Origin: an uncultured Micavibrio sp. | GTDB lineage: Bacteria; Pseudomonadota; Alphaproteobacteria; Micavibrionales; UBA2020 | NCBI GenBank assembly: GCA_964575605.1 | Contig: CAZNRN010000020.1 | Coordinates: 306-64,305, forward strand | DNA: 64,000 nucleotides | Direction: 5' to 3' | Part shown: piece by piece, positions 35,414-45,453 of the stretch | Layout of the letters: each line of letters begins with the position of its first letter | Numbering within the stretch: the first letter of the stretch is position 1 | The notes under the pieces: generated by a model | The model's database searches: none | What the model saw: the letters and a program-made list of their open reading frames with translations, nothing else | What the model was told of the DNA's origin: nothing | Translations under genes and position numbers: made by a program

Positions 35414-38215
35414 GTGTCCCAAGCCCTTGCCCCTCAAGCGGCGCAAAAGCGCCTGTTGGTCCCGAAAGCCCCCGTGCTGGTGCTGGCGGGGCACAGCCTG
35501 TACTGCCTGACGCTGGACGGGGAGCTGAAACGCGTCGACGAGGCCGAGGCCAGGGGCATCGCCCAGCGCAACATGCCCATCGTCTGCAACGCGCCGCAGG
35601 TGGCCGCCCGCTTGAGGCTGGAGCGCCTGCCCGCCTATGACGTCCTTGAATTGTTTGCTTTCGTGAACCCCGGCACCTTCTGCGTGCCGACGCCCCGCGG
35701 GCTGAGCAAAGCCTTGGGATTGTTCGAACCCGAAACGCCCGAAGACCACTGCACGGGGCTGCGCGACGCCATCCGGCACCTGCTGGCCGACCTTGGCGCG
35801 GCGGGACGGGTGGAGAAAAGCGACCCCGCAGGCCTCGCCGCCATGATGGGGCTGATGGGCGGCGCGAACGACGAACCGCAATCACCCGCCGGCTGGCCCT
35901 GGACGCCCAGTGTGCTGGCAGCCCTCGGGCGGACGGAAACGCCGCCGACCCGCGCCGAGATGAAACTGGCCGCCAAGGTCTGGGACAAGCTGCCCGAATG
36001 GTCGGTGCATGCGCCCGAACCGGCCCCCGGCCATGTGGGCGTGGCCGATGCGGAAGTTGAAGAACGCCTCGCGCAATTACTACTGCGCCAGAAAAAGGAA
36101 GACCGCCCGCAGCAGCGCGATTACGCGCGCACGCTGGCCAGCGCCTTTGCACCCTGTAATGAAGAAGGCGAAACGCATGTGGTACTGGCCGAGGCCGGCA
36201 CGGGCACCGGCAAGACGTTAGGATATTTATCGCCCGCAACCGTCTGGGCGGAGAAAAACGGCGGGCCGGTCTGGGTCTCGACCTATACGCGCAACCTGCA
36301 GCGGCAGGTGGATGCGGAGCTTGAAAAGCTTTACGACGACCCCGTGACCAAGGCGCGCAAGGTGGTGACACGCAAGGGGCGCGAAAACTATCTTTGCCTG
36401 TTGAACCTTGAAGACGCGGCGCAAAGCCCGGGCGTCGCGGCCAGCGATATCAACGCGACCGCCTTCGGCCTGATGGCGCGCTGGGCGGCGATGACCGACG
36501 ACGGCGACCTGATGGGCAAGGATTTCCCCGGCTGGCTGGCGGGGCTGATGGGCTGGCAGCGCATGGCCGCCTTTGCCGACAAGCGCGGCGAATGCATCTA
36601 TACCGCCTGCCCGCATTTCAACAAATGCTTCGTCGAGAAAAGCATCCGCAAAGCCAAGCGCGCCGATATCGTGATCGCGAACCACGCGCTGGTGATGCAC
36701 CAGACGGCGGTGACAGGGCCGGAAGACGTGCTGCCCGGCCGCTATATTTTCGACGAAGGGCATCATTTATTCGAGGCCGCCGACAGCGCCTTCGACGCGC
36801 AGCTGAACGGCCAGTGGACAAGCGATCTGCGCCGCTGGCTGCTGGGCACCGAAACGGGGCAGAAGACCCGCGCGCGCGGCTTGAAACGCCGTATCGAGGA
36901 CATGATCGCGGGCGAGGAAGAAAACATCGCGCATGTCGAGGCGATACAGGAGGCCGCGCGCGCCCTGCCCGGCCCGCAATGGCGGCAGCGTATGGGCGAG
37001 GGAGAGCCGCGCGGCGTGACGGAACAGTTTTTGCTGCTCTGCCGCCAGCAGGTCTATGCCCGCACGAAAGACCACGGCGGTTATTATTCGCTGGAAACCG
37101 CGGTGCAGCCCGCGATACCGGGATTGCTGGAGGCAGCCAGCGCGCTGGCCGCGAAACTGGGCGATTTGCAAAAGCCGATGATGGCGCTGATCCGAGCGCT
37201 ACAGAAAAAGCTGGAAGACGAGGCCGAAACGCTGGATACCTCGCAGCGCGAACGCATCACCTTTATCCGCAACAGCCTCTACCGCCGCGCGCATTACGAA
37301 CTGGGCGGCTGGATAGAGATGCTGAAGGCGCTGAAAGACCCGCAGCCGGAAAACTGCGTCGACTGGCTGGAGGTTTCCCGCGTCGACGGGAAGGATTACG
37401 ACGCCGGTTTCTACCGTTATTACGTCGACCCCGCGCGCGTTTTCGCCGAACAGCTGAAACCCCATGCGCATGGCGTCGTCATCACTTCCGCAACCCTGCG
37501 CGACGCCTCGGACGAAGATGCCGAAGGCTGGAAAAGCCCGAAATCGCGCACGGGGTTTGAAGTATTGTCGAACCCCGGCCATGCGAATACATTCGCCGTC
37601 GCCTCGCCCTTTAACTATAAGGAACAGACCCGCGTGCTGGTCGTGGGCGATGTGGCGAAGGATAACCCGGGCGAAGTGGCCGCCGCATATCGCGAGTTGT
37701 TCCGCGCGTCACAGGGCGGCGCGCTCGGCATTTTCACCGCCGTGCAGCGCCTGCGCTCCGTCCATGACAAAATCATCCAGCCGCTGGAAAACGAAGGCAT
37801 CCACCTGTATGCCCAGCACGTCGACCCGCTGGATACCGGCACGCTGATCGATATTTTCCGCGAGGAAGAAAACGCCTGCCTGCTGGGCACCGATGCGACC
37901 CGCGACGGAATCGACGTGCCGGGGCGTTCGCTGCGATTAGTGGTTTACGACCGCGTACCCTGGCCGCGCCCGACCATTTTGCACAAGGCGCGCCGCCAGC
38001 ATTTCGGCAAGAGCCTCGACGACATGCTGACACGCTTCAAGCTGAAGCAGGCCTACGGCCGCCTGATCCGCCGCAGCGATGATAAGGGCGTTTTCGTGAT
38101 GCTCGACGGCGCCCTGCCCTCGCGCCTCCTCACCGCCTTCCCCGAAGGCGTGGAGGTGCAGCGCATCGGCCTTAAAGAAGCGATTGCGGCGGTAAAAGAT
38201 TTCCTGAAGGACTAA
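35414..38215 (+). CDS. ATP-dependent DNA helicase, DinG/Rad3-like (933 aa)
   Basis: Walker A LAEAGTGTGKTLGYL, DEGHHL (DEAH-type box), a Cys cluster (CLLNLED ... CIYTACPHFNKC) consistent with an Fe-S domain, and C-terminal helicase motifs. GTG start as in the ORF track. Confidence 0.8.
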   Translation: MSQALAPQAAQKRLLVPKAPVLVLAGHSLYCLTLDGELKRVDEAEARGIAQRNMPIVCNAPQVAARLRLERLPAYDVLELFAFVNPGTFCVPTPRGLSKALGLFEPETPEDHCTGLRDAIRHLLADLGAAGRVEKSDPAGLAAMMGLMGGANDEPQSPAGWPWTPSVLAALGRTETPPTRAEMKLAAKVWDKLPEWSVHAPEPAPGHVGVADAEVEERLAQLLLRQKKEDRPQQRDYARTLASAFAPCNEEGETHVVLAEAGTGTGKTLGYLSPATVWAEKNGGPVWVSTYTRNLQRQVDAELEKLYDDPVTKARKVVTRKGRENYLCLLNLEDAAQSPGVAASDINATAFGLMARWAAMTDDGDLMGKDFPGWLAGLMGWQRMAAFADKRGECIYTACPHFNKCFVEKSIRKAKRADIVIANHALVMHQTAVTGPEDVLPGRYIFDEGHHLFEAADSAFDAQLNGQWTSDLRRWLLGTETGQKTRARGLKRRIEDMIAGEEENIAHVEAIQEAARALPGPQWRQRMGEGEPRGVTEQFLLLCRQQVYARTKDHGGYYSLETAVQPAIPGLLEAASALAAKLGDLQKPMMALIRALQKKLEDEAETLDTSQRERITFIRNSLYRRAHYELGGWIEMLKALKDPQPENCVDWLEVSRVDGKDYDAGFYRYYVDPARVFAEQLKPHAHGVVITSATLRDASDEDAEGWKSPKSRTGFEVLSNPGHANTFAVASPFNYKEQTRVLVVGDVAKDNPGEVAAAYRELFRASQGGALGIFTAVQRLRSVHDKIIQPLENEGIHLYAQHVDPLDTGTLIDIFREEENACLLGTDATRDGIDVPGRSLRLVVYDRVPWPRPTILHKARRQHFGKSLDDMLTRFKLKQAYGRLIRRSDDKGVFVMLDGALPSRLLTAFPEGVEVQRIGLKEAIAAVKDFLKD

Positions 38216-38234
38216 TCAAATCCCCAAATAGAAA

Positions 38235-38252
38235 CTCCGGCGAAGGCCGGGG
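38235..38252. terminator. Bidirectional hairpin between convergent genes
   Basis: CTCCGGC-GAAG-GCCGGGG (7-bp stem with one G-U pair) lies between the helicase stop (38215) and the DUF1476 stop (38283). Confidence 0.5.
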
Positions 38253-38282
38253 TCTCAAGTCGTTGCAGACTATTCGGGTTAC

Positions 38283-38603
38283 TTACCCCTGCATCACGGC
38301 CTTCTTGGCCGCGGCAAGATGCACGTTGTATTCGTTTTCCAGCTGGTGCTCGGACATTTCGATGCCCTTACCGGAAAGGTCTTTCGCGACCTTGCGCAGC
38401 ACGTCCTTGATGCCGGGTTCGTCGAAATCGGCGTCCAGCACTTCGGCGGCGTAGGTTTCGACATCGGCGCCGGTCTTGCCGAGCTTGCCCGCGGCCCAGG
38501 CGCCAAAGAGCTTCACGGCTTTCGCCTGCACTTTGAACTGCAGTTCCTGGTCGTGCTTGAACTTGTTTTCAAAAGCCTTTTCGCGATCGTCGAATCCCAT
38601 CAT
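38283..38603 (-). CDS. DUF1476 protein (F1-ATPase inhibitor zeta-subunit family)
   Basis: MMGFDDREKAFENKFKHDQELQFKVQAKAVKLFGAWAAGKLGKTG ... DFDEPG closely parallels the Paracoccus zeta subunit as I recall it. Start at 38603 rather than 38642. Confidence 0.8.
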   Translation of the reverse strand: MMGFDDREKAFENKFKHDQELQFKVQAKAVKLFGAWAAGKLGKTGADVETYAAEVLDADFDEPGIKDVLRKVAKDLSGKGIEMSEHQLENEYNVHLAAAKKAVMQG

Positions 38604-38681
38604 CCACTCCGTTATTACGTTATATTGACTATTGTACCCCAAGCACCTAGATAACTACAAACACCAAAGAGATATTTCAAG

Positions 38682-39335
38682 ATGGCTGATAAACAAGAGA
38701 AAAAACCGCCGAATTTCTGGTACGAAGGCGACACCAGCCTGCACGATTTACCGGAAATCGCCACGGGCGTGAAGAAACTGGTGAAGGCGCATCCGGAACT
38801 GAAAGCCGCGATGAAGCGCATCGGCACCCTGCCATGGAAAAAACAGCCCGACGGTTTCGAAGGGCTGGTCTGCATCATCCTCGGCCAGCAGGTGTCGGTG
38901 GCGGCCGCCGCGCATATGGCCGCGCGCCTGCGCGACGCCATCCCCGAAATCACGCCGAAACGCTTCATGAAACTGGATGACGACAAATTGCGCGCCATCG
39001 GTTTTTCGGGACAGAAAATCAATTACAGCCGCAACCTGGCCGAGCAGATCATCGGCAAGAAATTCAATCCGGCCGACCTTGTGGACGCGCCCGAGGAAGA
39101 GGCGATGGAAATGCATACAGCGCTCAAGGGAATCGGTCCCTGGAGCGCCGAGATTTACCTGATGTTCTGCCTGGGCCGCGGCGACGTCTGGCCGGCCGCC
39201 GACCTTGGCCTGCAGAACGGGCTGCAGCGCATGCGGGGCCTTAAAACCCGCCCCGATACCAAGGAAACAAGGGTTTTGGGCGAGATTTTTGCGCCCTACC
39301 GCTCGGCCGCCTCCCTTATTGTCTGGCGGGCGTGA
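38682..39335 (+). CDS. DNA-3-methyladenine glycosylase II-like (HhH-GPD, AlkA type)
   Basis: ILGQQVSVAAA ... LKGIGPWSAEIYLMFCLGRGDVWPAADLGL contains the HhH motif plus the catalytic Asp context. Confidence 0.8.
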   Translation: MADKQEKKPPNFWYEGDTSLHDLPEIATGVKKLVKAHPELKAAMKRIGTLPWKKQPDGFEGLVCIILGQQVSVAAAAHMAARLRDAIPEITPKRFMKLDDDKLRAIGFSGQKINYSRNLAEQIIGKKFNPADLVDAPEEEAMEMHTALKGIGPWSAEIYLMFCLGRGDVWPAADLGLQNGLQRMRGLKTRPDTKETRVLGEIFAPYRSAASLIVWRA

Positions 39336-39353
39336 CTGGGGTATAAACCCGTC

Positions 39354-39959
39354 ATGGCCACAAAACGCAAACTGACCCCGCAGCAGATCAAGCGCCCCTC
39401 CCGCGACGAGGCGGAGGCCGCGATCGCAACGCTTATCCGCTGGATCGGCGAGAACCCCGAGCGCGAAGGATTGAGGGAAACGCCCCGCCGCGTCGTGCGC
39501 GCGTTTGAAGAATATTTTGCAGGCTATGCGATGAAACCCGAAGAAGTGCTGGACCGGTACTTCAAGGAAGACATGGGCGGCTATACCGACCCTGTGCTGA
39601 TCCGCAATATCGAGGTTGAATCGCGCTGCGAACACCACATGGCGCCCTTTATCGGGCAGGCGCATGTCGCCTATATCCCGAACGGCCGCGTGCTGGGCCT
39701 CTCGAAAATCGCACGCGTCGTCGATATGTATGCGCGCCGCATGCAGGTGCAGGAACGCCTGACATCCGAAATCGCCAATACCCTGAATCAGTACGTGAAG
39801 CCCAAGGGCGTCGCCGTGCTGATCGAGGCCGAGCATTTCTGCATGAAGGTCCGCGGCGTCAAGAAAGACCACTGCAAAACCGTCACCACGCGCTTCCTCG
39901 GCGCTTACAAGCGCGATGCCGCTTTGCGCGAGGAATTCTTCGCTTCCATCAAAGGCTGA
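39354..39959 (+). CDS. folE: GTP cyclohydrolase I
   Basis: [14 protein letters not shown] ... CEHHMAPF ... RMQVQERLT are FolE signatures. Confidence 0.93.
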   Translation: MATKRKLTPQQIKRPSRDEAEAAIATLIRWIGENPEREGLRETPRRVVRAFEEYFAGYAMKPEEVLDRYFKEDMGGYTDPVLIRNIEVESRCEHHMAPFIGQAHVAYIPNGRVLGLSKIARVVDMYARRMQVQERLTSEIANTLNQYVKPKGVAVLIEAEHFCMKVRGVKKDHCKTVTTRFLGAYKRDAALREEFFASIKG

Positions 39960-41323
39960 GCGGTAACCGCCGCCGCTTTCTGCATCGACGCCGTGACCTC
40001 CGCCAGGTTCGCGAATTTTTCGGCGAATATCTTGCCGTCGCAATTGCCGGTCATCAGCACGTCCGTCAGGCGCTCCATGTCTTTCGCCGGGATTTTGCCG
40101 TCATAGGCGTTCACGAGGATGCCCGCGACATCGGCTGCGAAATCGCGCAGGCGTCCGGTGCCGAAGGTGACATCCATGAACTTGCCGCCGTTATTCACCG
40201 CCGCATCGCGCGATTTCAGGTAGAGGTCTGCGTCCTGCTTGGGGTTGCCCGTGAAGCCATAGTCTTTCAGCAGCGCGTCGAAATCATCCGCCGCCTTGCC
40301 GTCCGGTACCAGCGCCGCGGTCAGCAGTATCGCCATCACGGGCTGGTCGTAACCGCTGTCCGCGCCGCGTACTTCCATGCGCTTGCCGATGGCTTTGCCC
40401 GCTTCGTCGCGCAGGTTGCAGATTTTCACGTCGTTATAGAGGAAGGTTTCGGCCAGTTCATAGTTTGACTGCGTGCCCAGCCCCTGCTCCACCAGTTTCG
40501 CATAGGTGATGCGGTTTTCTTTCGACGCGGGGATCAGGCCGCCCTCGGCGTTATAGGCGAAGTGCATCGGCGCGTTGAAGACCGCTTCGATGTGGTTGCG
40601 GATGAATTCATCGCCGGTTGACGATTTCAGGAATGCGGGCGAGACGCCGCCGGCCTCGCCATAACCGAGGTAATATTTACCGCGCGGCAAATAATCGAGT
40701 TTTTTGTCTTCATCCATGATGTAGTTGGACGAGGCGTTGCAGGACGCCATCAGCAAAGGCGTCAGCGCATAGGCGCGCTTCACCATGCGAAACATCTGCT
40801 CGGGGTCTTCGGGGCTGAAACTGGTTTGCACAGATGAGGTGAGCATCGGCAGGCGCAGGGTGTTTTCGTCGAAAATTTCCTGCATGGCCTTTAACGACAC
40901 CTGCAAGCGCTCGCGGCTGACCATGTTGCCGAGCGCTTCTTCGCGCGTCGTCGTGGGCACGATGGAGAACTGCGGGCGGGTGAAGCCTTCGTCATTCGCG
41001 GCCTTGTCGAACACCGCGATATCTTTTTTCACCGCACGCAGCAGCGCCGCGACATCGTCGTTTTGTAAGGCGGGACTGGCGTATTCGATGACGCCCGCAG
41101 GTTCCAGCTGCGCGTCGTAGCCCATGTCCTTCATTTTTTTTTGCAGCGCCTGCATTTCGAGGGCGGTGGGCAGCGCGGGTTTCGATAGGCCCGGTTTCAC
41201 CAGCGGCATTTCAACCTCGGCGCCAATTTTTCCGGTGTACCGTTTGGGCGGCGGCGCATAGAGCGGCAGCGCGTCTTCAAACGACGAAATCTTTTTCAGG
41301 TTGGTTTTTTGCACGTCCGTCAT
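39905..41323 (-). CDS. Glutamate--cysteine-ligase-family (GCS2 / plant-type-like) carboxylate-amine ligase, paralog 1
   Basis: [47 protein letters not shown] and [10 protein letters not shown] parallel the plant/alpha-type GCL blocks IGTEHE, T.TVQVNLDFS.E.DM..K.R..L.L.P...A.FANSP and LEMRGADGG. Its 3' end overlaps folE convergently by 55 nt. Confidence 0.62.
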   Translation of the reverse strand: MTDVQKTNLKKISSFEDALPLYAPPPKRYTGKIGAEVEMPLVKPGLSKPALPTALEMQALQKKMKDMGYDAQLEPAGVIEYASPALQNDDVAALLRAVKKDIAVFDKAANDEGFTRPQFSIVPTTTREEALGNMVSRERLQVSLKAMQEIFDENTLRLPMLTSSVQTSFSPEDPEQMFRMVKRAYALTPLLMASCNASSNYIMDEDKKLDYLPRGKYYLGYGEAGGVSPAFLKSSTGDEFIRNHIEAVFNAPMHFAYNAEGGLIPASKENRITYAKLVEQGLGTQSNYELAETFLYNDVKICNLRDEAGKAIGKRMEVRGADSGYDQPVMAILLTAALVPDGKAADDFDALLKDYGFTGNPKQDADLYLKSRDAAVNNGGKFMDVTFGTGRLRDFAADVAGILVNAYDGKIPAKDMERLTDVLMTGNCDGKIFAEKFANLAEVTASMQKAAAVTAQPLMEAKNSSRKAASRL

Positions 41324-41405
41324 GACGGTTAATCCTTATGATGCCCTGCATCGGGGCGAATGATTTACGGGTAGTTGGGGGTGGGCGGTTATGAACCGCA
41401 AATGA

Positions 41406-41426
41406 CAAAAACTGGCTTAGTGCCAG
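41406..41426 (-). promoter_or_regulatory. Hairpin + T5 overlapping the mini-ORF-1 stop codon (candidate attenuator)
   Basis: Minus strand: CTGGC-ACTAA-GCCAG then TTTTTG. The 5' arm is formed by the last two sense codons (TGG CAC) and the TAA is in the loop. Confidence 0.35.
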
Positions 41427-41479
41427 TGATGATGCTGGACGTGATGGAAGGCTGCGATGTACTGCACGCGGTTTGTCAT
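41417..41479 (-). CDS. Candidate 20-codon leader/precursor mini-ORF 1 (MTNRVQYIAAFHHVQHHHWH)
   Basis: Hand-translated codon by codon. The ATG at 41479 lies 31 nt after a TTGACAGAAT box and has no SD. It is homologous in its 5' half to mini-ORF 2 and ends 93 nt upstream of ligase paralog 1. Confidence 0.45.
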   Translation of the reverse strand: MTNRVQYIAAFHHVQHHHWH

Positions 41480-41516
41480 GGCGTCTACTGTCGCCGATTC
41501 TGGCGCATTCTGTCAA

Positions 41517-41552
41517 TGAAAGAAAAATACGGTGCCCGGAAAGGCACGGTAT
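41517..41552 (-). terminator. Rho-independent terminator after ligase paralog 2
   Basis: Minus strand: AUACCGUGCC-uuucc-GGGCACCGUAU (9 bp with one C-C mismatch) followed by UUUUCUUUC. It starts 10 nt after the stop at 41562. Confidence 0.75.
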
Positions 41553-41561
41553 TTCATAGGC

Positions 41562-42968
41562 TTACATCGACGGTTTTCTTTGGCGCGCCGCCACCAGCTG
41601 CGCGGGTGAGCTTGCGTTTTTCTGCAGCGCCGCCGTCACATCGGACAATCGCGGATAGTTCTCGGCATGGCGTTTCGCATCGCAGTCGCAGGTCAGCAGG
41701 ATATGGCAGAGCGTGGACAGTTCGGCCCTCACCTGTTTATCGGCGCCGTAATGGTTCACCATCAGCCCAGCGACATCCGCCGCGAAATCACGCAGGGAGC
41801 CGGTGCCGAAGGGCACATCCATGAAGCGCCCGCCATGATCGACGACGGCAGCGCGGGAGGATTTCAGCAGCGCCGCATCCTCGCGCGGGTTGTTGGTGAA
41901 GCCGTAGTCTTTCAGCAGCGCGTCAAACTGCTCCGCCGTCTTGCCGTCGGGCAGCAGGGCGGCCGCGAGCAATAACACGCTGGCCGGCTGGTGCAGGCCT
42001 GAATCGGCGGGGCGCAGTTCGATGCGCTTGCCCACCGTGTTGCCCTCGGCATCGCGCAGGTTGCAAATTTTGATATCGTTATAGAGAAAGCTTTCGGCAA
42101 GCTCGTAATTCGCCTGCGTGTTCATGCCCTTTTCAGCCAGCTTCGCGAAGGTCAGCACATTGCCCTTGGTCGAACGCACCATGTTGCCTGCGGGGTCGAA
42201 GGCGAAGAACATCGGCGCGTCGAAAACTTCGCGGATATGGTTATCCACCAGCTCCGCGCCGTTGGTTGATTTGAGGAAGGCCTCCGATATGCCCCCCGAT
42301 GCGCCGTAAACCTCGTAGTATTTCGAGCGCACATGCGCATCCTGCCGGGTATTGTCGTTGCAGGCGAAGCCCGTGCCGCTGTTCATCGCCGCAATCACCA
42401 GCGGCACCAGCATGTAACCGCGGCGCGCCATGTTGAACATCTCGTCGTTGTTGCGGGGCGAAAGGCTTGCCTGCACGCCCGTCGTCAGCAGCGGGATATT
42501 GGCGGTTTCGGGGGTATAGACCTCGTTAATCACCGCCAGCGCCGCCTCCAGCCTTTCGCGGCCGACCTTGTTTTCCAGCGCTTCCTCGCGCGTGGTGGTG
42601 GGCAGGATGGAAAAGGGCGCGCGGGTATAGCCGTGTTTGGCGGCTTCCGCCTCGAACAGCGCGATATCGGCCTTTGCCTGCGCGATCAGCTTCGGCGTAT
42701 CGGCGACCGGCACCGGCGGGCTTGCGTATTCAAGCACGCCTGCGGCTTCCAGCTGCGCGTCATGGCCTTTTTTCTTTAAATCGGCATGCATCTGCAGCAT
42801 TTCGGCGGCGGTCGGGATCTGCGGCTTTGTCGCGCCCGGTTTGTACAGCGCCATTTCAACCTCCAGCCCTATCTTGCCCTGATAATCGGGCGGGGGCGCG
42901 GCGTAGAGGCTGCGCGCTTCTTCGATGGAATTGATAAGACGTGTCCGGTCTTTCCTGACGTCGGTCAT
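41562..42968 (-). CDS. Glutamate--cysteine-ligase-family carboxylate-amine ligase, paralog 2
   Basis: Collinear with paralog 1, with roughly half the residues identical by eye. Blocks: KIGLEVEM, LTTGVQASLSPRNNDEMFNMARRGYMLVPLVIAAMNS, RIELRPADSG. Confidence 0.62.
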   Translation of the reverse strand: MTDVRKDRTRLINSIEEARSLYAAPPPDYQGKIGLEVEMALYKPGATKPQIPTAAEMLQMHADLKKKGHDAQLEAAGVLEYASPPVPVADTPKLIAQAKADIALFEAEAAKHGYTRAPFSILPTTTREEALENKVGRERLEAALAVINEVYTPETANIPLLTTGVQASLSPRNNDEMFNMARRGYMLVPLVIAAMNSGTGFACNDNTRQDAHVRSKYYEVYGASGGISEAFLKSTNGAELVDNHIREVFDAPMFFAFDPAGNMVRSTKGNVLTFAKLAEKGMNTQANYELAESFLYNDIKICNLRDAEGNTVGKRIELRPADSGLHQPASVLLLAAALLPDGKTAEQFDALLKDYGFTNNPREDAALLKSSRAAVVDHGGRFMDVPFGTGSLRDFAADVAGLMVNHYGADKQVRAELSTLCHILLTCDCDAKRHAENYPRLSDVTAALQKNASSPAQLVAARQRKPSM

Positions 42969-43032
42969 GGGTAATCTGCCTTGGGCCTTCGCGTTTGCGC
43001 GGCCTGATAAATGTTACGGTGATGTGGGCTGG

Positions 43033-43049
43033 GAGACGCTTAACGTCTC
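43033..43049. promoter_or_regulatory. Perfect palindrome GAGACG-CTTAA-CGTCTC in the leader of ligase paralog 2
   Basis: 6-bp arms at 43033-43038 and 43044-43049, between mini-ORF 2 and the ligase start. Confidence 0.35.
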
Positions 43050-43061
43050 AGTACAATTAAT

Positions 43062-43078
43062 GGCGGGCTTTATCCGCC
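43062..43078 (-). promoter_or_regulatory. Hairpin overlapping the mini-ORF-2 stop codon
   Basis: Minus strand: GGCGG-AUAAAGC-CCGCC. The 5' arm is the last two sense codons (GGC GGA) and the TAA is in the loop. It is followed by AUUAAUU. Confidence 0.3.
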
Positions 43079-43132
43079 AAAATAGGAAAAGCTATAAAAA
43101 TAGGGTGCAGCGATGTAGGTCATCGTCGTCAT
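43070..43132 (-). CDS. Candidate 20-codon leader/precursor mini-ORF 2 (MTTMTYIAAPYFYSFSYFGG)
   Basis: Hand-translated codon by codon. The ATG at 43132 lies 31 nt after the TTGACAGAAT box and about 8 nt after the -10, with no SD. It ends 101 nt upstream of ligase paralog 2. Confidence 0.45.
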   Translation of the reverse strand: MTTMTYIAAPYFYSFSYFGG

Positions 43133-43140
43133 GGCGGTGA

Positions 43141-43169
43141 TTCTTACAGAATACGGGCGATTCTGTCAA
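43141..43169 (-). promoter_or_regulatory. Sigma-70-type promoter TTGACA-N17-TAAGAA(T) with embedded 7-bp inverted repeat
   Basis: Minus strand: TTGACA (43169..43164) and TAAGAA (43146..43141). ACAGAAT-N7-ATTCTGT (43146-43166) spans the spacer, an operator-like position. Confidence 0.5.
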
Positions 43170-43192
43170 GTCGCGCGCCCCGCGCCGGTTAT

Positions 43193-43950
43193 TTAGGGCA
43201 TAAACTGCTCTTTAATCATGCGCTCGTCGAGGTTCATTTCAGGGTCGAAGAGCAGCGAGAGCGTGATGTTCTTGTCCATCCAGACCTCGACCGTTTCGAC
43301 ATCCCTGATCTCGGTGAAATCGGCGACGGCAGACACGGGGCGGTTGTGGGGTTCGAGGATATTGATTTTCAGCATGGTCGATTGCGGCACCAGCGCACCC
43401 CGCCAGCGGCGCGGGCGGAAAGCGCTGATGGGCGTCAGCGCGAGAATATCGGCGCCCAAGGGAATGATGGGGCCATGCGCCGAAAGGTTATAGGCGGTAG
43501 AGCCCGCAGGCGTCGAAAAGATGATGCCGTCACAGATCAGTTCTTCCAATCGCACGACGCCGTCGATTGAAATGCGGAGTTTCGCGGCCTGTCGCGTTTC
43601 GCGGAGCAGCGAGACTTCGTTCACGGCCAGCGCGTCGCGGATGCGGCCGGTCATGGTGGTGACGCGCATGCAGAGCGGATGCAGCTCCACCGTCTGCGCG
43701 CGGCCGAGGCGCTCGATCAGCCCCTTTTCACGGTATTCGTTCAGCAAAAAGCCGACCGAGCCGCGGTTCATGCCAAAGACGGGCTTTTTATGCCGGAAAC
43801 TTTCGTGCAGCGCGCGCAGCATGGAACCGTCGCCGCCCAGCGCCACGACGGCGTCGGCCTCTTCCAGAGACACCTCGCCATAGGCCTCGATCAGGCGTTT
43901 GCGCGCGTCCTGCGCCTGCGGTGTTTCGGCTGAAAAGAAATGCGCTTTCA

Positions 43951-43951
<1 letters not shown>
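43193..43951 (-). CDS. nadK: NAD kinase
   Basis: The GGDGSMLRA motif; 252 aa. Its start overlaps the glmM stop by 1 nt (TGATG). Confidence 0.9.
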
Positions 43952-45309
<1,358 letters not shown>

Positions 45310-45453
45310 TTATTCATTCCCTCAATTACGGAACGTAACCTACTTGAATCATCGCATGCGGGACAACAAAACAGAAGCGTTTTAATTTCCATAAAATAAG
45401 GAGTTTGGATAACGTTTTGATGCAGATTGCGACAGACGAGCAGGAATAAGGGG

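Noticed and set aside
39905-43132. Pup/PafA/Dop-like interpretation of the ligase pair. The reasons were two roughly 470-aa carboxylate-amine-ligase paralogs in tandem and a mini-ORF ending in GG.
   Set aside because: The ligases match GCL-type blocks (T.VQ.S.SP..EMF; E.R.ADSG) rather than PafA/Dop motifs as I recall them. The peptides are 20 aa, not about 60 aa. They lack a terminal Gln/Glu and contain no acidic residue. No proteasome genes are nearby.
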